64,000 nucleotides of DNA from Candidatus Bathyarchaeia archaeon (GTDB taxonomy: Archaea; Thermoproteota; Bathyarchaeia; 40CM-2-53-6): NCBI GenBank assembly GCA_049513715.1, contig JBEKVV010000003.1:352001-416000 (forward strand), in the 5' to 3' direction. Position 1 is the stretch's first letter. Each line of letters opens with the position of its first letter. The position numbers and the translations under genes are program-made. Shown piece by piece: positions 18,151 through 28,039 of this stretch. The notes under the pieces are model-generated. The model saw only the letters and a list, made by a program, of their open reading frames with translations. It was not told the DNA's origin and did not search any database.

Positions 18151-19080
18151 TTATTTCTTGAATGGTTTGCCCAAGAACTCTGGAGCTGCTGCATGTCTTC
18201 CCGCTATTGCAAGAACGGCGATTACAAAGATGTAGGGCAGAGCGTTGAAGAATTGTGGAGGTAGCGGAACCTTGAGTGCTTGGAGAAGATAGTCAAGGGC
18301 CTGCATTCCACCAAAGAAAAAGCATCCAAGAGCAGTACGAAGTGGACGCCATTTGCCAAAATAGACTAGGCCGATGGCAATGAATCCAGTACCGGAAATA
18401 ATTGGCGTCGCTGTATAGATCTTCACGAGCGCAATAGCGATGTACCCTCCTGACAAGGACGCAAGAATGCTGCCGACAATCACGCTCACGTACCTAACCA
18501 AGTTGACATTGGATCCCATAGCGTAGGCCGCGTGCGGATTTTCACCTGCCGCCACAATCCGCAAGCCAAGGGGAGTTTTGAACAAACAAAATACTACCAC
18601 GATTAGGATGATAGCCGCATAGGTGAGGGCAGTCTGCGAGAACAAAGCTTCTCCAATGACAGGGATGTCGGCCAAGATCGGAATTCTGATATCCGGCATT
18701 CCCGAAACTTGAGGTTGCACGGAAGCGACTCCGAAGACCACCCGGTACAAAAAGAAAGTTATACCCAAACCCGCGAAGTAAACCCCCAGTCCAGCTAAGA
18801 TCTGATCCTGCATTAGCGTTATCGTGAGCGGAGCTACGACGAGCCCCACAAGGGCGCCAGCTACGATTCCTCCTATGAGACCGAAGGCCAAACTGCCATT
18901 GAAGTAAACGATTGTAAACGACACAAAAGAGCCCAGAACCATGATGCCCTCTAAGCCCAGATTGATTATTCCTGCCCTTTCCACGATGACCTCACCAAGG
19001 GAACTCAGAAGAAGCGGTGTCGCGAACACGAGCGTTCCTGAAATCAAATAGGTTACGGCTTCAAACGCCACCAGAATCAC
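18151..19080 (-). CDS. Nucleoside-type ABC transporter permease
   Basis: ERAGIINLGLEG, GLRI.AAGENP, FIAIGLVYFGKWRP, LGKPF; hydrophobic. Confidence 0.9.
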   Translation of the reverse strand: MILVAFEAVTYLISGTLVFATPLLLSSLGEVIVERAGIINLGLEGIMVLGSFVSFTIVYFNGSLAFGLIGGIVAGALVGLVVAPLTITLMQDQILAGLGVYFAGLGITFFLYRVVFGVASVQPQVSGMPDIRIPILADIPVIGEALFSQTALTYAAIILIVVVFCLFKTPLGLRIVAAGENPHAAYAMGSNVNLVRYVSVIVGSILASLSGGYIAIALVKIYTATPIISGTGFIAIGLVYFGKWRPLRTALGCFFFGGMQALDYLLQALKVPLPPQFFNALPYIFVIAVLAIAGRHAAAPEFLGKPFKK

Positions 19081-20144
19081 CTGACTACAACACGGTAATT
19101 CACGAAGAATTCGAAAATCAGTAGAGTCAGTATCATTAACGCTTCTAGGAATGTGATAACGCCAATGGAAATTCCCGCCTGTTCCATGAATTGGGCGCCA
19201 TTCAGCAGCCCGGCGAACCCAAGCGCCGCTGGAATGCAGTAGAGTGGATTCAACTTCGCCAGCAGGGCCACGACTATTGCTAAGAATCCGTACCCAGCCA
19301 ATGACGAGCCCGAAAAGCCAAGCAAAAGGAAATGCTGTACACCACTAACTTCCATCATGCCTGCCAAGCCGCTCATGCCACCTGTTAGAAGTGAGGTCAG
19401 GACAACTGTCTTCGCAATGCTAATACCGCTATAGCGGGCTGCACGTATATTGTACCCTACAACTCTGATATTGTAACCGATACGTGTGTGCCAAAGCAAA
19501 AAGTAGAACACGAAGGCAAGAAGAAACGGTAAGACGACTCCAACATGGAGACGCGTGCCTGGTATCATGTTGGGAAGCTGTGCATTCAAGCCAAGGATCC
19601 GAGTCTCCGGGTATAGAGCGGCTGGGTCCTTCCAATTGTAGTAAAGCAGATACTCAAGAAAATACCCAGCGACGAAATTCGCGAGTATGGTAACAATAAT
19701 CTCGTTTACGTTTAGGTAAGCCTTCAGCATTCCAGCTACAAGAGCAAATAACCCGCCAAAAATCACACCGAACAGTATCATTAATGGAATCAGTATTACC
19801 GCTGGCAGATTTGGAAGAGATAGCGCTACCCATGTCGCCCCGATCCCCCCAAAGATGAACTGCCCGTCTGCTCCGATGTTGTAGAAGCTCGCCCGAAAGG
19901 CGACAGAAAGTCCAACTGCGATGGCCAGCAAAGTGGAGCACTTGAGTAAGGTCTCAGATAATGAAGTCACATTGCCAACGGCGCCGTAAATCAGAAGGCC
20001 ATACGCTTCTCGTACGTTGACGTGCAAGTACACCATTATGATCGTCGTTATTGCAAGCGAACTGGCCAGCGCCAGAATGGGTGTTAGCCCTCGAAGATAT
20101 GGGCTCACGTCCCCTTTAGGCTGGATTTCGAAGCGTCTCTGCAA
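19077..20144 (-). CDS. Nucleoside-type ABC transporter permease
   Basis: YNIGADGQ, NEIIVTI, GYN.RAARYSGI, GYGF.AIVVALL. Confidence 0.9.
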   Translation of the reverse strand: MQRRFEIQPKGDVSPYLRGLTPILALASSLAITTIIMVYLHVNVREAYGLLIYGAVGNVTSLSETLLKCSTLLAIAVGLSVAFRASFYNIGADGQFIFGGIGATWVALSLPNLPAVILIPLMILFGVIFGGLFALVAGMLKAYLNVNEIIVTILANFVAGYFLEYLLYYNWKDPAALYPETRILGLNAQLPNMIPGTRLHVGVVLPFLLAFVFYFLLWHTRIGYNIRVVGYNIRAARYSGISIAKTVVLTSLLTGGMSGLAGMMEVSGVQHFLLLGFSGSSLAGYGFLAIVVALLAKLNPLYCIPAALGFAGLLNGAQFMEQAGISIGVITFLEALMILTLLIFEFFVNYRVVVR

Positions 20145-20146
20145 GT

Positions 20147-21670
20147 TTAGTGCCCAGTCTTGGAGCCTAACGTCATCATATACCCCAGAGTCTCGACAGG
20201 AGTGTTGGATGGCACTATGTCAACAATTCTTCCCTTATAGATGACTCCGATTCGAGTACCAAGCTCTCGAATCTCATCTAAATCCTCGCTTACCAATAGA
20301 ATTGCAGAGCCCGTTTCGGAAACTGCTCTTAGTCTTGAACGTATGCGGGCCGTTGCGGCCGCATCGAGACCGTGCGTGGGATTAACCGCGATCAGAAAGT
20401 TAGTGTCTTTCTTCAATTCGCGCCCAACAACCATTTTCTGGATATTTCCGCCAGAGAGAGTTTTGACTTCGCTGCGGACACTGCTGGCCTTGATGTTGAA
20501 TTGGTCCACAAGATCCTTTGCGAAGCCGAGTATACGGCCAACTTGCAATTGGCCCATGCGAGTGGTAAATTTCCCAATTTCCAGATAGCCCATAACTGCG
20601 TTTTCATATAGACGCATATCAACAACGGCACCGGTCGCCATGTCTTCAGGAATAAAGGCTAACCCTTCTTTGAGCCGTGTCGTGACAGAGGCGTTGGTGA
20701 TATCGAGGCCGTTCAACATGATCTTTCCTTTAGTCGCTTTGCGTAGACCTGAGAGCGCCTCAACCATTTCCTTCTGGCCGTTTCCTGACACACCGGCGAT
20801 CCCTAGAATCTCGCCGTCCTTGATTTCGAACGATATATCTTCGAAGGCAGGCAAACCGTTGTCGCGAAAGGCGCATAAACGTGATACTTGTAGGACATCC
20901 TTACGCAGAATATCGGATTTCGACACTGTCTGTGTCTGCCGTTCGTTGAGAGGCGAATAATCGGCGAACATATGAGCAATGAGTCTCTCCTTCGACTCTT
21001 TCGCCGTTCCCTCCCATACCTTCTTGCCCCGACTAAGCACAGTCACGGTGTCGCTTATTCGTTTCGCCTCGTCAATCTTGTGGCTGATGAAGACGACGCT
21101 CACGCTTTCGTTTTTCAGACTTAACAATGTTTGGAAGAATGGTTCGATTTGTTGCGGTGTCAGTACTGATGTTGGCTCATCTAAAATTAAGATAGATGCG
21201 TGCCGAAAGAGGGCTTTCAGTATCTCAACGTGCTGTTGCTCGGCGGCCGACAATTGCCAAATGTATGCTTCTGGATCAATTGAAAAACCGAATTTTTTCG
21301 CAAAATCCACGATTTCTTCTTTTATGTTGTGATGAGCATAGTCCTCCTTTATCCCGAGGCTAAGCAGGAAGTTCTCGTAGACTCTCAAATTGCGAATTAG
21401 AGAGAAGTGTTGGTGGACCATGCTAATACCCTGCGCGGCCGCGTCACGAGGAGAACGGAAGCGGACGCTTGTATCGTGTATCAGGATTTGTCCATCATCG
21501 GGTGCGAAGTAACCGCTCAAGATATTCATGAGGGTTGTCTTGCCAGCACCATTTTCGCCTAATAGAGCGTGGATTTCACCCTCGCGTAGGGAGAAATCCA
21601 CGTCGGCAAGAGCCTGGACTTGAGGGAAGCTCTTTGTTATGTGCTGCATCTCTAACTTGAGATGCGGCAC
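20147..21670 (-). CDS. Nucleoside/sugar ABC transporter ATPase (two NBDs)
   Basis: GENGAGKT Walker A, LILDEPT, LSGGNIQK, SEDLDE. Confidence 0.93.
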   Translation of the reverse strand: MPHLKLEMQHITKSFPQVQALADVDFSLREGEIHALLGENGAGKTTLMNILSGYFAPDDGQILIHDTSVRFRSPRDAAAQGISMVHQHFSLIRNLRVYENFLLSLGIKEDYAHHNIKEEIVDFAKKFGFSIDPEAYIWQLSAAEQQHVEILKALFRHASILILDEPTSVLTPQQIEPFFQTLLSLKNESVSVVFISHKIDEAKRISDTVTVLSRGKKVWEGTAKESKERLIAHMFADYSPLNERQTQTVSKSDILRKDVLQVSRLCAFRDNGLPAFEDISFEIKDGEILGIAGVSGNGQKEMVEALSGLRKATKGKIMLNGLDITNASVTTRLKEGLAFIPEDMATGAVVDMRLYENAVMGYLEIGKFTTRMGQLQVGRILGFAKDLVDQFNIKASSVRSEVKTLSGGNIQKMVVGRELKKDTNFLIAVNPTHGLDAAATARIRSRLRAVSETGSAILLVSEDLDEIRELGTRIGVIYKGRIVDIVPSNTPVETLGYMMTLGSKTGH

Positions 21671-21715
21671 GGTCAGTGTGCCTCAGGCCTGGAAAGTAGG
21701 GAGGGTAGGCTCCGT

Positions 21716-22762
21716 TCAGGACCCGCTTACTTCGGCCGCGGTGACTATGTGGATCTTGCCAGACTTAAGATCCGCGAGCGCTTGGTCGTATTGTGCTTGC
21801 ACGTCTGCCGGTAGCTGGATGTGAAGCAAAGGAACGCAACCACCATTGTTCAAATCTATCGGATAGACTTTCATTGAGAATTTTCCGTTGGTCAGAACGT
21901 CGTGAACCATTGCTTCAAATGCGACCGTAAAGTTCCAGACTGTTGACATGTATAACTTCCCGGGGTACAATGCGCTTTGGTCCCACTCTGCCCCAGTGGT
22001 CCAAACGCCTGCATCCTTGGCTGCGGAGATAACGCCTACGCCAAGTCCGTCTCCGCCGTTGACTATTACATCATACCCTTGGCTGATGAGCGCCTGTGTT
22101 GCCTCTTTCGCTTTCGTGACATCGTTGAAATCGCCTGTCGCGACGCCCGTGAAAGTCAAGCTCTTGTTAACCGCTTCTACGCCCAATTTGGTATTCTGGA
22201 ACCAAGCCTTGTAGGATGGAATGTCCAATGCGTACACAAACCCAATCTTACCGGTCTTCGTCAAATGAGCTGCCACAAGGCCCACTAAGTACCCATCCTT
22301 GTAGAAGCCGGGCTCAGTGTACGCCACGTTATCAGTTGAATTCCCGAATCCAGCTGATACCGTGAAGAAGACGTTCGGAAAGTCCTTTGCAACTCGAATC
22401 GTTTGGTCTTGGAATTCCACTCCGTGCGCGACGATGAAGTTGTAGCCCTGTTGAGCATACTGTCGCTCCAGTCTCTCAACGTCTGAGACCGCCACGTTCT
22501 CATTCACAACATACTGTACGTTCAAGGACGATGAATTCAAGGCGCTTGCTACGCTTTTGACTGCAACGTAGCCACCTTGGTTGAATGAGACATCATTCGC
22601 AGGGCCAGGCAAGAGGAGGGCCATCTTAAACTGCTTGGCTGCCACCGTCGTAGTCGTAGACGCCGTCGGAACCGTGGACTGATAGTAGAAGTATCCTGCT
22701 GCAATCACAATTAGAACGATCACGACAGCTGCAACGTAACGATAATTCTTTCGAGCTGACAT
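21716..22762 (-). CDS. BMP-family (purine nucleoside) ABC substrate-binding protein
   Basis: N-terminal TM anchor plus Thr-rich linker, PG..ND.SFNQ, AAHLTKTGKIGF, GDFND..KAKE, QGYDVI. Confidence 0.9.
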   Translation of the reverse strand: MSARKNYRYVAAVVIVLIVIAAGYFYYQSTVPTASTTTTVAAKQFKMALLLPGPANDVSFNQGGYVAVKSVASALNSSSLNVQYVVNENVAVSDVERLERQYAQQGYNFIVAHGVEFQDQTIRVAKDFPNVFFTVSAGFGNSTDNVAYTEPGFYKDGYLVGLVAAHLTKTGKIGFVYALDIPSYKAWFQNTKLGVEAVNKSLTFTGVATGDFNDVTKAKEATQALISQGYDVIVNGGDGLGVGVISAAKDAGVWTTGAEWDQSALYPGKLYMSTVWNFTVAFEAMVHDVLTNGKFSMKVYPIDLNNGGCVPLLHIQLPADVQAQYDQALADLKSGKIHIVTAAEVSGS

Positions 22763-23037
22763 AACATCAAAACTTCACTGAGTCCGTATTTAACACTTGC
22801 ACATATACTTTGCGAGCGACTGACCGAAAATAAGAGCGGCGCGATGATGTCAATACCGAATTTACTCGAAATTTACTCTACATAATGGCTCCGATAGGTC
22901 CAGCAGCTGATTCAGAAAACTCGATTGTACTCTCACCAACGATGATTCCTATTAATCATCTCAACTTTTTCAAGGATTCGAGAACCAGAGAATGTTTTAG
23001 GGACATCAACGAGTGGTAACTGCATAGGTAGACCGTT

Positions 23038-23862
23038 GTGAAAGTTGATGTAGCCGCAGTCTCACCGCTGAAAAAACCGACCGACGAGGAAAACATACCG
23101 AGAGCAATTCAATATCTCGACGAAGCCGTGCGGCAAGGAGCGAAAATCATTTGTTTTCCAGAAAATTATCTATACTCAGATATTTCCAGAGTTCCAAAAA
23201 GCGACATCGAATCATATCCTGGTGTTTTGCAGCTACTTAACAAGGCACGAGAGAGCGGAGTATACGTCATTCCCGGCACGATGGCGGAGAGAACTAATTA
23301 CGGGAACAAGTTCTACAATACTGCTCTCCTTCTGGGGCCAAATGGAGCAGTCATCGGAAAATACAGGAAGACCCATCTCGCTGTGGAAGAGAGCGAAAAG
23401 CAGAGAATACCCGGTGGAAAGGAGGAAGTTCTCAAAGTGTTCAAAACTGAATATGGGAATATGGGCATCCATATTTGCTACGAGATTTGTTTTCCAGAAG
23501 TCGCGCGCATAACGGCTCTAGCGGGGGCAGAAATGATGTTCTGGCCAAGCGGGGGCAAATACTACGAAATTCGCGAGACTTGGCGACATTTAATTTGGGC
23601 GAGGGCAATCGAGAACCTCGCGTACGTTGTGAGCTGCTCAAACATATTTGGGATGGAACGTGGCATTACAATCATTGCCGGGCCCGAGGAAGTCCTAGCC
23701 GAACGGGACAACGAAGGCGTCGTCACAGCAACCCTAGACATCGACCGAATCCACTGGTTGAGGAAGACACCGGAATCATTCGACATACCCAAACCCTTCA
23801 AATGCGTACCCGGCACACTCATGGACCGGGAGCCAGATCTGTATCACGCTCTGATTCAGTAG
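23038..23862 (+). CDS. Carbon-nitrogen hydrolase (nitrilase superfamily)
   Basis: E-K-C triad: FPE, YRK, ICYE; ARAIEN. Confidence 0.9.
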   Translation: MKVDVAAVSPLKKPTDEENIPRAIQYLDEAVRQGAKIICFPENYLYSDISRVPKSDIESYPGVLQLLNKARESGVYVIPGTMAERTNYGNKFYNTALLLGPNGAVIGKYRKTHLAVEESEKQRIPGGKEEVLKVFKTEYGNMGIHICYEICFPEVARITALAGAEMMFWPSGGKYYEIRETWRHLIWARAIENLAYVVSCSNIFGMERGITIIAGPEEVLAERDNEGVVTATLDIDRIHWLRKTPESFDIPKPFKCVPGTLMDREPDLYHALIQ

Positions 23863-23891
23863 CCATCTGAGTTCTCTTCGGCGAACTGGTT

Positions 23892-25199
23892 TCAGGAACT
23901 TGAAGCCTTGAATTTGTCCAAGCTCACATATTCTACTCTCTTGAAGAGCTTCCTCTTGTCTGGTGGAAAGGTTGCGTCTATTCCCAATTTGGTGACGAAT
24001 CCTCCTATGCTTGCGGGGTCCAAGGCGTGGTTGAAAGCGCGGGGCACGATCACCAGATCTTCATCGCCACCACTGCGCGTTGCCATCGCCCACAGAACTT
24101 CTCTTTCGTCATGTATGTTCACGTCCTCGTCTACGATAATTGCGTATTTTACGACAGGATGAGCTGATAGAGCAGCGAGAAGAGCATTCTTGGCCATCAT
24201 CACGTATTCCTTTCTAACGGACAAGAAGGCGATGAAACCGCAGCCAAAAGGCGGTAAATGAACATCGACTATTCCAGGGACAGCTCTCTTCAGAGAATCG
24301 TATAATGAGGCCTCACGCCCGACATTGTTCAAAGCCAAGTGCTCCGCAGATGCGCCTATTACGGTTCTGAAAACAGCGTCGGACCTCATGGTGATCTTCT
24401 TCACCTGGAATGTGGGCATGGGTTCTGAGGGGCTATAGTAGCCAGTAAATTCGGCGAAAGGCCCCTCCGGTTCCGTGTTTCCCCTGTCCATCACACCCTC
24501 GATCACTATTTGCGACAGCGCGGGAACTTCGCAGTTCACAGTGTCGCAATTCACTAGGTCCACACTACTGCCCTGTAAGGAACCAGCCATTTCGAGCTTG
24601 TCGAACGTCGAGCCCCTCACTGACGCTGCGAATTCCACAGAAGGCGGAGCTCCTATTATTAGGGCCGCATCAAATCTCTCCTTATCCTTCGTTACGTCCC
24701 ACAATCTACGCCCAGGATCAACCCTTACCGCAACCTTGCTTGCTGATTTCACCTCAACTCTCGCCCACTGAAAGACCCGCACTCCGGACTCTTGGGTGGT
24801 CAGTATGCTTGTTATGTATCTCCCTGCATCATGCTGGGTATTCTCTGGTATCGGCAAGGCGTCAAGTGAAGCTGCCTCCTTCTCCTGAACTCTACCCACA
24901 TCAACGAGTGTTGGTTTTATGCGGCTGTTCATGGCTGACGAGAAATGGTTGTGCAGCTCGTCCTGTCTTATTCCAAAAGCGAGTGAGGTTCTCTCGAGTT
25001 CGCTGAAAAGGTTGGTGACTACCGGGATGTTGCTCCCTTTGACGCATTCGAAGAGAAGTGCTCCTTGTCTCTTTTTTTCAAAGTCAAAGGCGAGGCTTGC
25101 CAGTTGATACTTGTGGTCCACTTGGTGTGAGACGCGTGTAAGCATGTTTGCGGTAGACAGCCTTACCAAGAATTCATTCAGATCTTTGGTTGGTTTCAA
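23892..25199 (-). CDS. UbiD-family (prFMN-type) decarboxylase, atypical
   Basis: D.GRYIT, VIEG, EGPFAEFTGYY, IVDEDVNI..V.WAMATR, LDP..KLGIDAT. Confidence 0.88.
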   Translation of the reverse strand: MKPTKDLNEFLVRLSTANMLTRVSHQVDHKYQLASLAFDFEKKRQGALLFECVKGSNIPVVTNLFSELERTSLAFGIRQDELHNHFSSAMNSRIKPTLVDVGRVQEKEAASLDALPIPENTQHDAGRYITSILTTQESGVRVFQWARVEVKSASKVAVRVDPGRRLWDVTKDKERFDAALIIGAPPSVEFAASVRGSTFDKLEMAGSLQGSSVDLVNCDTVNCEVPALSQIVIEGVMDRGNTEPEGPFAEFTGYYSPSEPMPTFQVKKITMRSDAVFRTVIGASAEHLALNNVGREASLYDSLKRAVPGIVDVHLPPFGCGFIAFLSVRKEYVMMAKNALLAALSAHPVVKYAIIVDEDVNIHDEREVLWAMATRSGGDEDLVIVPRAFNHALDPASIGGFVTKLGIDATFPPDKRKLFKRVEYVSLDKFKASSS

Positions 25200-25377
25200 C
25201 TGGCCTTAATCCGTCCTGTTTGTTGTTCATGAATGAGGGAGGCTGGATAATAGTTTTGAGATAAGAAAAGGCAAGCGGCAAATGGGCGGAAAGAATAACT
25301 TTTACTCCACAGAAGAACGATTGTGACTCTTCTGATTCGTATAGAGAAATCAAAATCGAGCAATTGAGGTTATTTGA

Positions 25378-26199
25378 ATGAAAATTGGAGTCGTTCAACC
25401 ACGAAGGGACTCAAACGACTATAAGCTCAACATAGAAACTGCGCTGGGGTACATCGACCGTGCTTCAAACGATATCGACCTTCTGTTCTTTCCAGAGGGA
25501 TTCCCTGGACCGTGGTGGCTGGCGCCGGACGAGAAAGCGAAAGAACTTGTATCCGTGAATATCGAAAGGTCCGAGGCTTACTTATCAATAAAGCAGGCTT
25601 TGAAAGGCAAACGTACGCTTGTTGGCTTCGGCGTCACCGATAAGTCTGCGGATCGCTTGTACAATGCCTATGCGATAACTGGATCTGAAGGCCTCTTGGG
25701 CATCTATAGGAAGATGCTTCCAGCGGCCTTCGAATTGCTTGCACCTTCCCCCATATCACAAGCGAACGAAGTCAAGGTCTGGGACATAGAGGGAACAAAA
25801 GTGGGCGTATCGATTTGTTGGGAAGCCCTCTTCCCTGAGATTCCACGGGAACTGGCAAAGAGAGGCGCTGAACTAATCATCTTTCCAACAGGCGGCATGC
25901 TCTACGATCTGAAGACATCGTGGAGGAATGTCTGGTTAGCAAGGGCGGTGGAGAATGTGTCCTACGTTGCTGGCAATGTCAGCATATACGGTAAGGAAGA
26001 AGGCATGTCCCTGATAACTAGTCCTGAGGGTGTTGTCATCGAGAGCAGTACGGAAGGCGTCATCACCGCAGAGTTAGACGTGGAGAGAATAAGGTGGCTA
26101 AGAAGCCAAGATGAAGAACTCACGATGCCGAAGAAGTACAAGACCGTTCCAGGATTACTTAGATGGGCCCAACGAATACCAGAAGTCAAGTCAGCATAG
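25378..26199 (+). CDS. Carbon-nitrogen hydrolase (nitrilase superfamily)
   Basis: FPE, YRK, ICWE, ARAVEN; paralog of 23038-23862. Confidence 0.9.
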   Translation: MKIGVVQPRRDSNDYKLNIETALGYIDRASNDIDLLFFPEGFPGPWWLAPDEKAKELVSVNIERSEAYLSIKQALKGKRTLVGFGVTDKSADRLYNAYAITGSEGLLGIYRKMLPAAFELLAPSPISQANEVKVWDIEGTKVGVSICWEALFPEIPRELAKRGAELIIFPTGGMLYDLKTSWRNVWLARAVENVSYVAGNVSIYGKEEGMSLITSPEGVVIESSTEGVITAELDVERIRWLRSQDEELTMPKKYKTVPGLLRWAQRIPEVKSA

Positions 26200-26251
26200 C
26201 CGAATGTTCCTGAAGTGGTACAACCGCCACCACGCGTTCGCACGTGCGAAG

Positions 26252-27076
26252 CTACCGAACCGACAAGAGCTTGCGTTCAGCTATTTTTCTTCCTCTTCTT
26301 TTGGGTCTAATCGCGTTCTCAAGAATCAGTTTCTTGCCACGCCTATACACGTAGACGTATTGCCCTCGCTCGAACCCCATCGACTCCATGAATTCGTCAG
26401 GGATACGAAGATAGGAGCCCCCTGATATATCCTCGACAAGTACTTTCGCTGGTGGCGGGGCTGCATTCAACATATCTTCCAAAGATCTAACGCTGAGCCT
26501 TTTTCTCTCGATCAATCCAGCAACTTCGCGCTGTCTCGTGACATCTGAAATACGCGATAGAAGTTCACCGTGACTGGGGCTCAAGAATCCCCCCTTCGAA
26601 ATCTCGAGACGTAAACTATCATCCAAACGCTCTAGGATAGCCAATCTCTCGCAAATGTAACTGTCACATTTGCCCACCTTTCGGGCGATTGCGTTGATCG
26701 TCCAGCCCTTGCCAAGTAACATCTTGTAGCCTTCGGCTTCTTCTATTGGGTTGACACGCATGTTTCTGAGGAGATTTTCAGAGACACGTGCAATAAACGA
26801 TTCGTCATTGCTCAAGTTGCTGACTATCGCTTGGACATGCCGAAGGCCTAGGCGCTTGCATGCTTCGAGCCGATGATTCCCGAACACAACTTCGTATCTT
26901 TGTCCCGCTCTGCGCACCATAATAGGTTGAAGCAGACCAATGTTCTCTATTGACCGCGCCAGCTCGGTGACAATGTCACCGTCGACAGGCCTCAAGATCC
27001 ATCTGGGCGGGTTCAGTCTTTCGATTTCCAAATTGACAGGCGCGTTGTTCTGTAAACGAGTGTCCTGCACGAGCAT
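26252..27076 (-). CDS. ParB/Spo0J-family protein with C-terminal AbrB-like domain
   Basis: LARSI..IGLLQPI.VR, FGNHRLEA, ENL.R..NPIEEAEGY, HTH IARKVGK..YI; C-terminal LRIP.EF..MG..G..V.V....LILE. Confidence 0.85.
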   Translation of the reverse strand: MLVQDTRLQNNAPVNLEIERLNPPRWILRPVDGDIVTELARSIENIGLLQPIMVRRAGQRYEVVFGNHRLEACKRLGLRHVQAIVSNLSNDESFIARVSENLLRNMRVNPIEEAEGYKMLLGKGWTINAIARKVGKCDSYICERLAILERLDDSLRLEISKGGFLSPSHGELLSRISDVTRQREVAGLIERKRLSVRSLEDMLNAAPPPAKVLVEDISGGSYLRIPDEFMESMGFERGQYVYVYRRGKKLILENAIRPKRRGRKIAERKLLSVR

Positions 27077-27099
27077 GAGCGAAGGCTTCTATATCGACT

Positions 27100-27110
27100 T
27101 GTAACTTACA
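27100..27110. promoter_or_regulatory. Palindrome TGTAA-C-TTACA between divergent parB-like and trmB genes
   Basis: Perfect 5-1-5 inverted repeat in an 88-nt divergent intergenic region; short enough to be chance. Confidence 0.3.
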
Positions 27111-27164
27111 GTACCTATCAACGGAATCGGTAATAATCCATTGTCTGAAGGTAGGCATACTACA

Positions 27165-27968
27165 ATGTCCCAAGACGATATCTCAAGACTAATGGACTTC
27201 GGCCTCACGTCGCTTCAATCGAGGGCATACCTTGCCCTTCTCCGGCTCGGCACAGCGCGAGCTAGCCAAGTAAGCTCCACGATTGGAATCGTCCGTCCTG
27301 AAGCATATCGCGTGCTTCGAGAGCTATCATTGAGAGGGCTCGTCGAACGCAACTCGGGCTTGCCTTCCACCTATACAGCAAGACCTCCAAAAGAGGGAGT
27401 TTCCTCCTTGCTTCATGCGTATACTCAGAAAGTGTCTCATTTGGAGCAGAAGAGATTGAATCTGATCCAATGTCTTTCGTCCTACGCTTCTCACGTCGAA
27501 GCAGAACCTCGCCAGCGATTCAGCGTCGTTATCGGGGCGGCGAACGTCATTAGCAAAGTGGAGGAGATGATAGTGACCGCGAAAAGTGACTGCGTCGGAA
27601 TCATGAGCAAACACGGTCTCAGAAGATTGAACAGAGAGTGGGCATCAGCAGCAAAGCGGGATGTGCGTGTCAGATTGATCGCAGAGATTGATGCTTCAAA
27701 CATCGCAAACGCCGATATTCTATCGCGTCATATCGAGTTACGACGAAGTCGAGACGTTTTGATCTGTTTCAAAATAGTTGACAAGAAAGAAATGGTTCTC
27801 GGACCACCCGTCACAGATGAAGAAGCAAGTAGACGCAACTGGAGGGAAGACGATCTCTGGACGAACAATCTCAGATTCATCGGAGGAATGCACGCACTAT
27901 TTGAGAGACTCTGGAAAACTTCTCCACGATACGTCCCGTCTACTTCTCGAGCTAAGACTAGACAATGA
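27165..27968 (+). CDS. TrmB-family transcriptional regulator
   Basis: L..FGLT..QSRAYLALL..G..AS.VS...I.RPEAYRVL..L..RGLV wHTH plus PLD-like effector domain (IVDKKEM; LFERLW). Confidence 0.9.
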   Translation: MSQDDISRLMDFGLTSLQSRAYLALLRLGTARASQVSSTIGIVRPEAYRVLRELSLRGLVERNSGLPSTYTARPPKEGVSSLLHAYTQKVSHLEQKRLNLIQCLSSYASHVEAEPRQRFSVVIGAANVISKVEEMIVTAKSDCVGIMSKHGLRRLNREWASAAKRDVRVRLIAEIDASNIANADILSRHIELRRSRDVLICFKIVDKKEMVLGPPVTDEEASRRNWREDDLWTNNLRFIGGMHALFERLWKTSPRYVPSTSRAKTRQ

Positions 27969-28039
27969 AAGACCGTAATTTGGGCGGCCTCCCCTAAGGT
28001 GAAAAGCCATAGAGAGATTTCTAGTAATGTCTGGTTTTG

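Noticed and set aside
26252..27076. Plasmid/prophage partition locus or integrated element
   Set aside because: No parA, integrase, rep gene, att repeats or obvious compositional shift seen.
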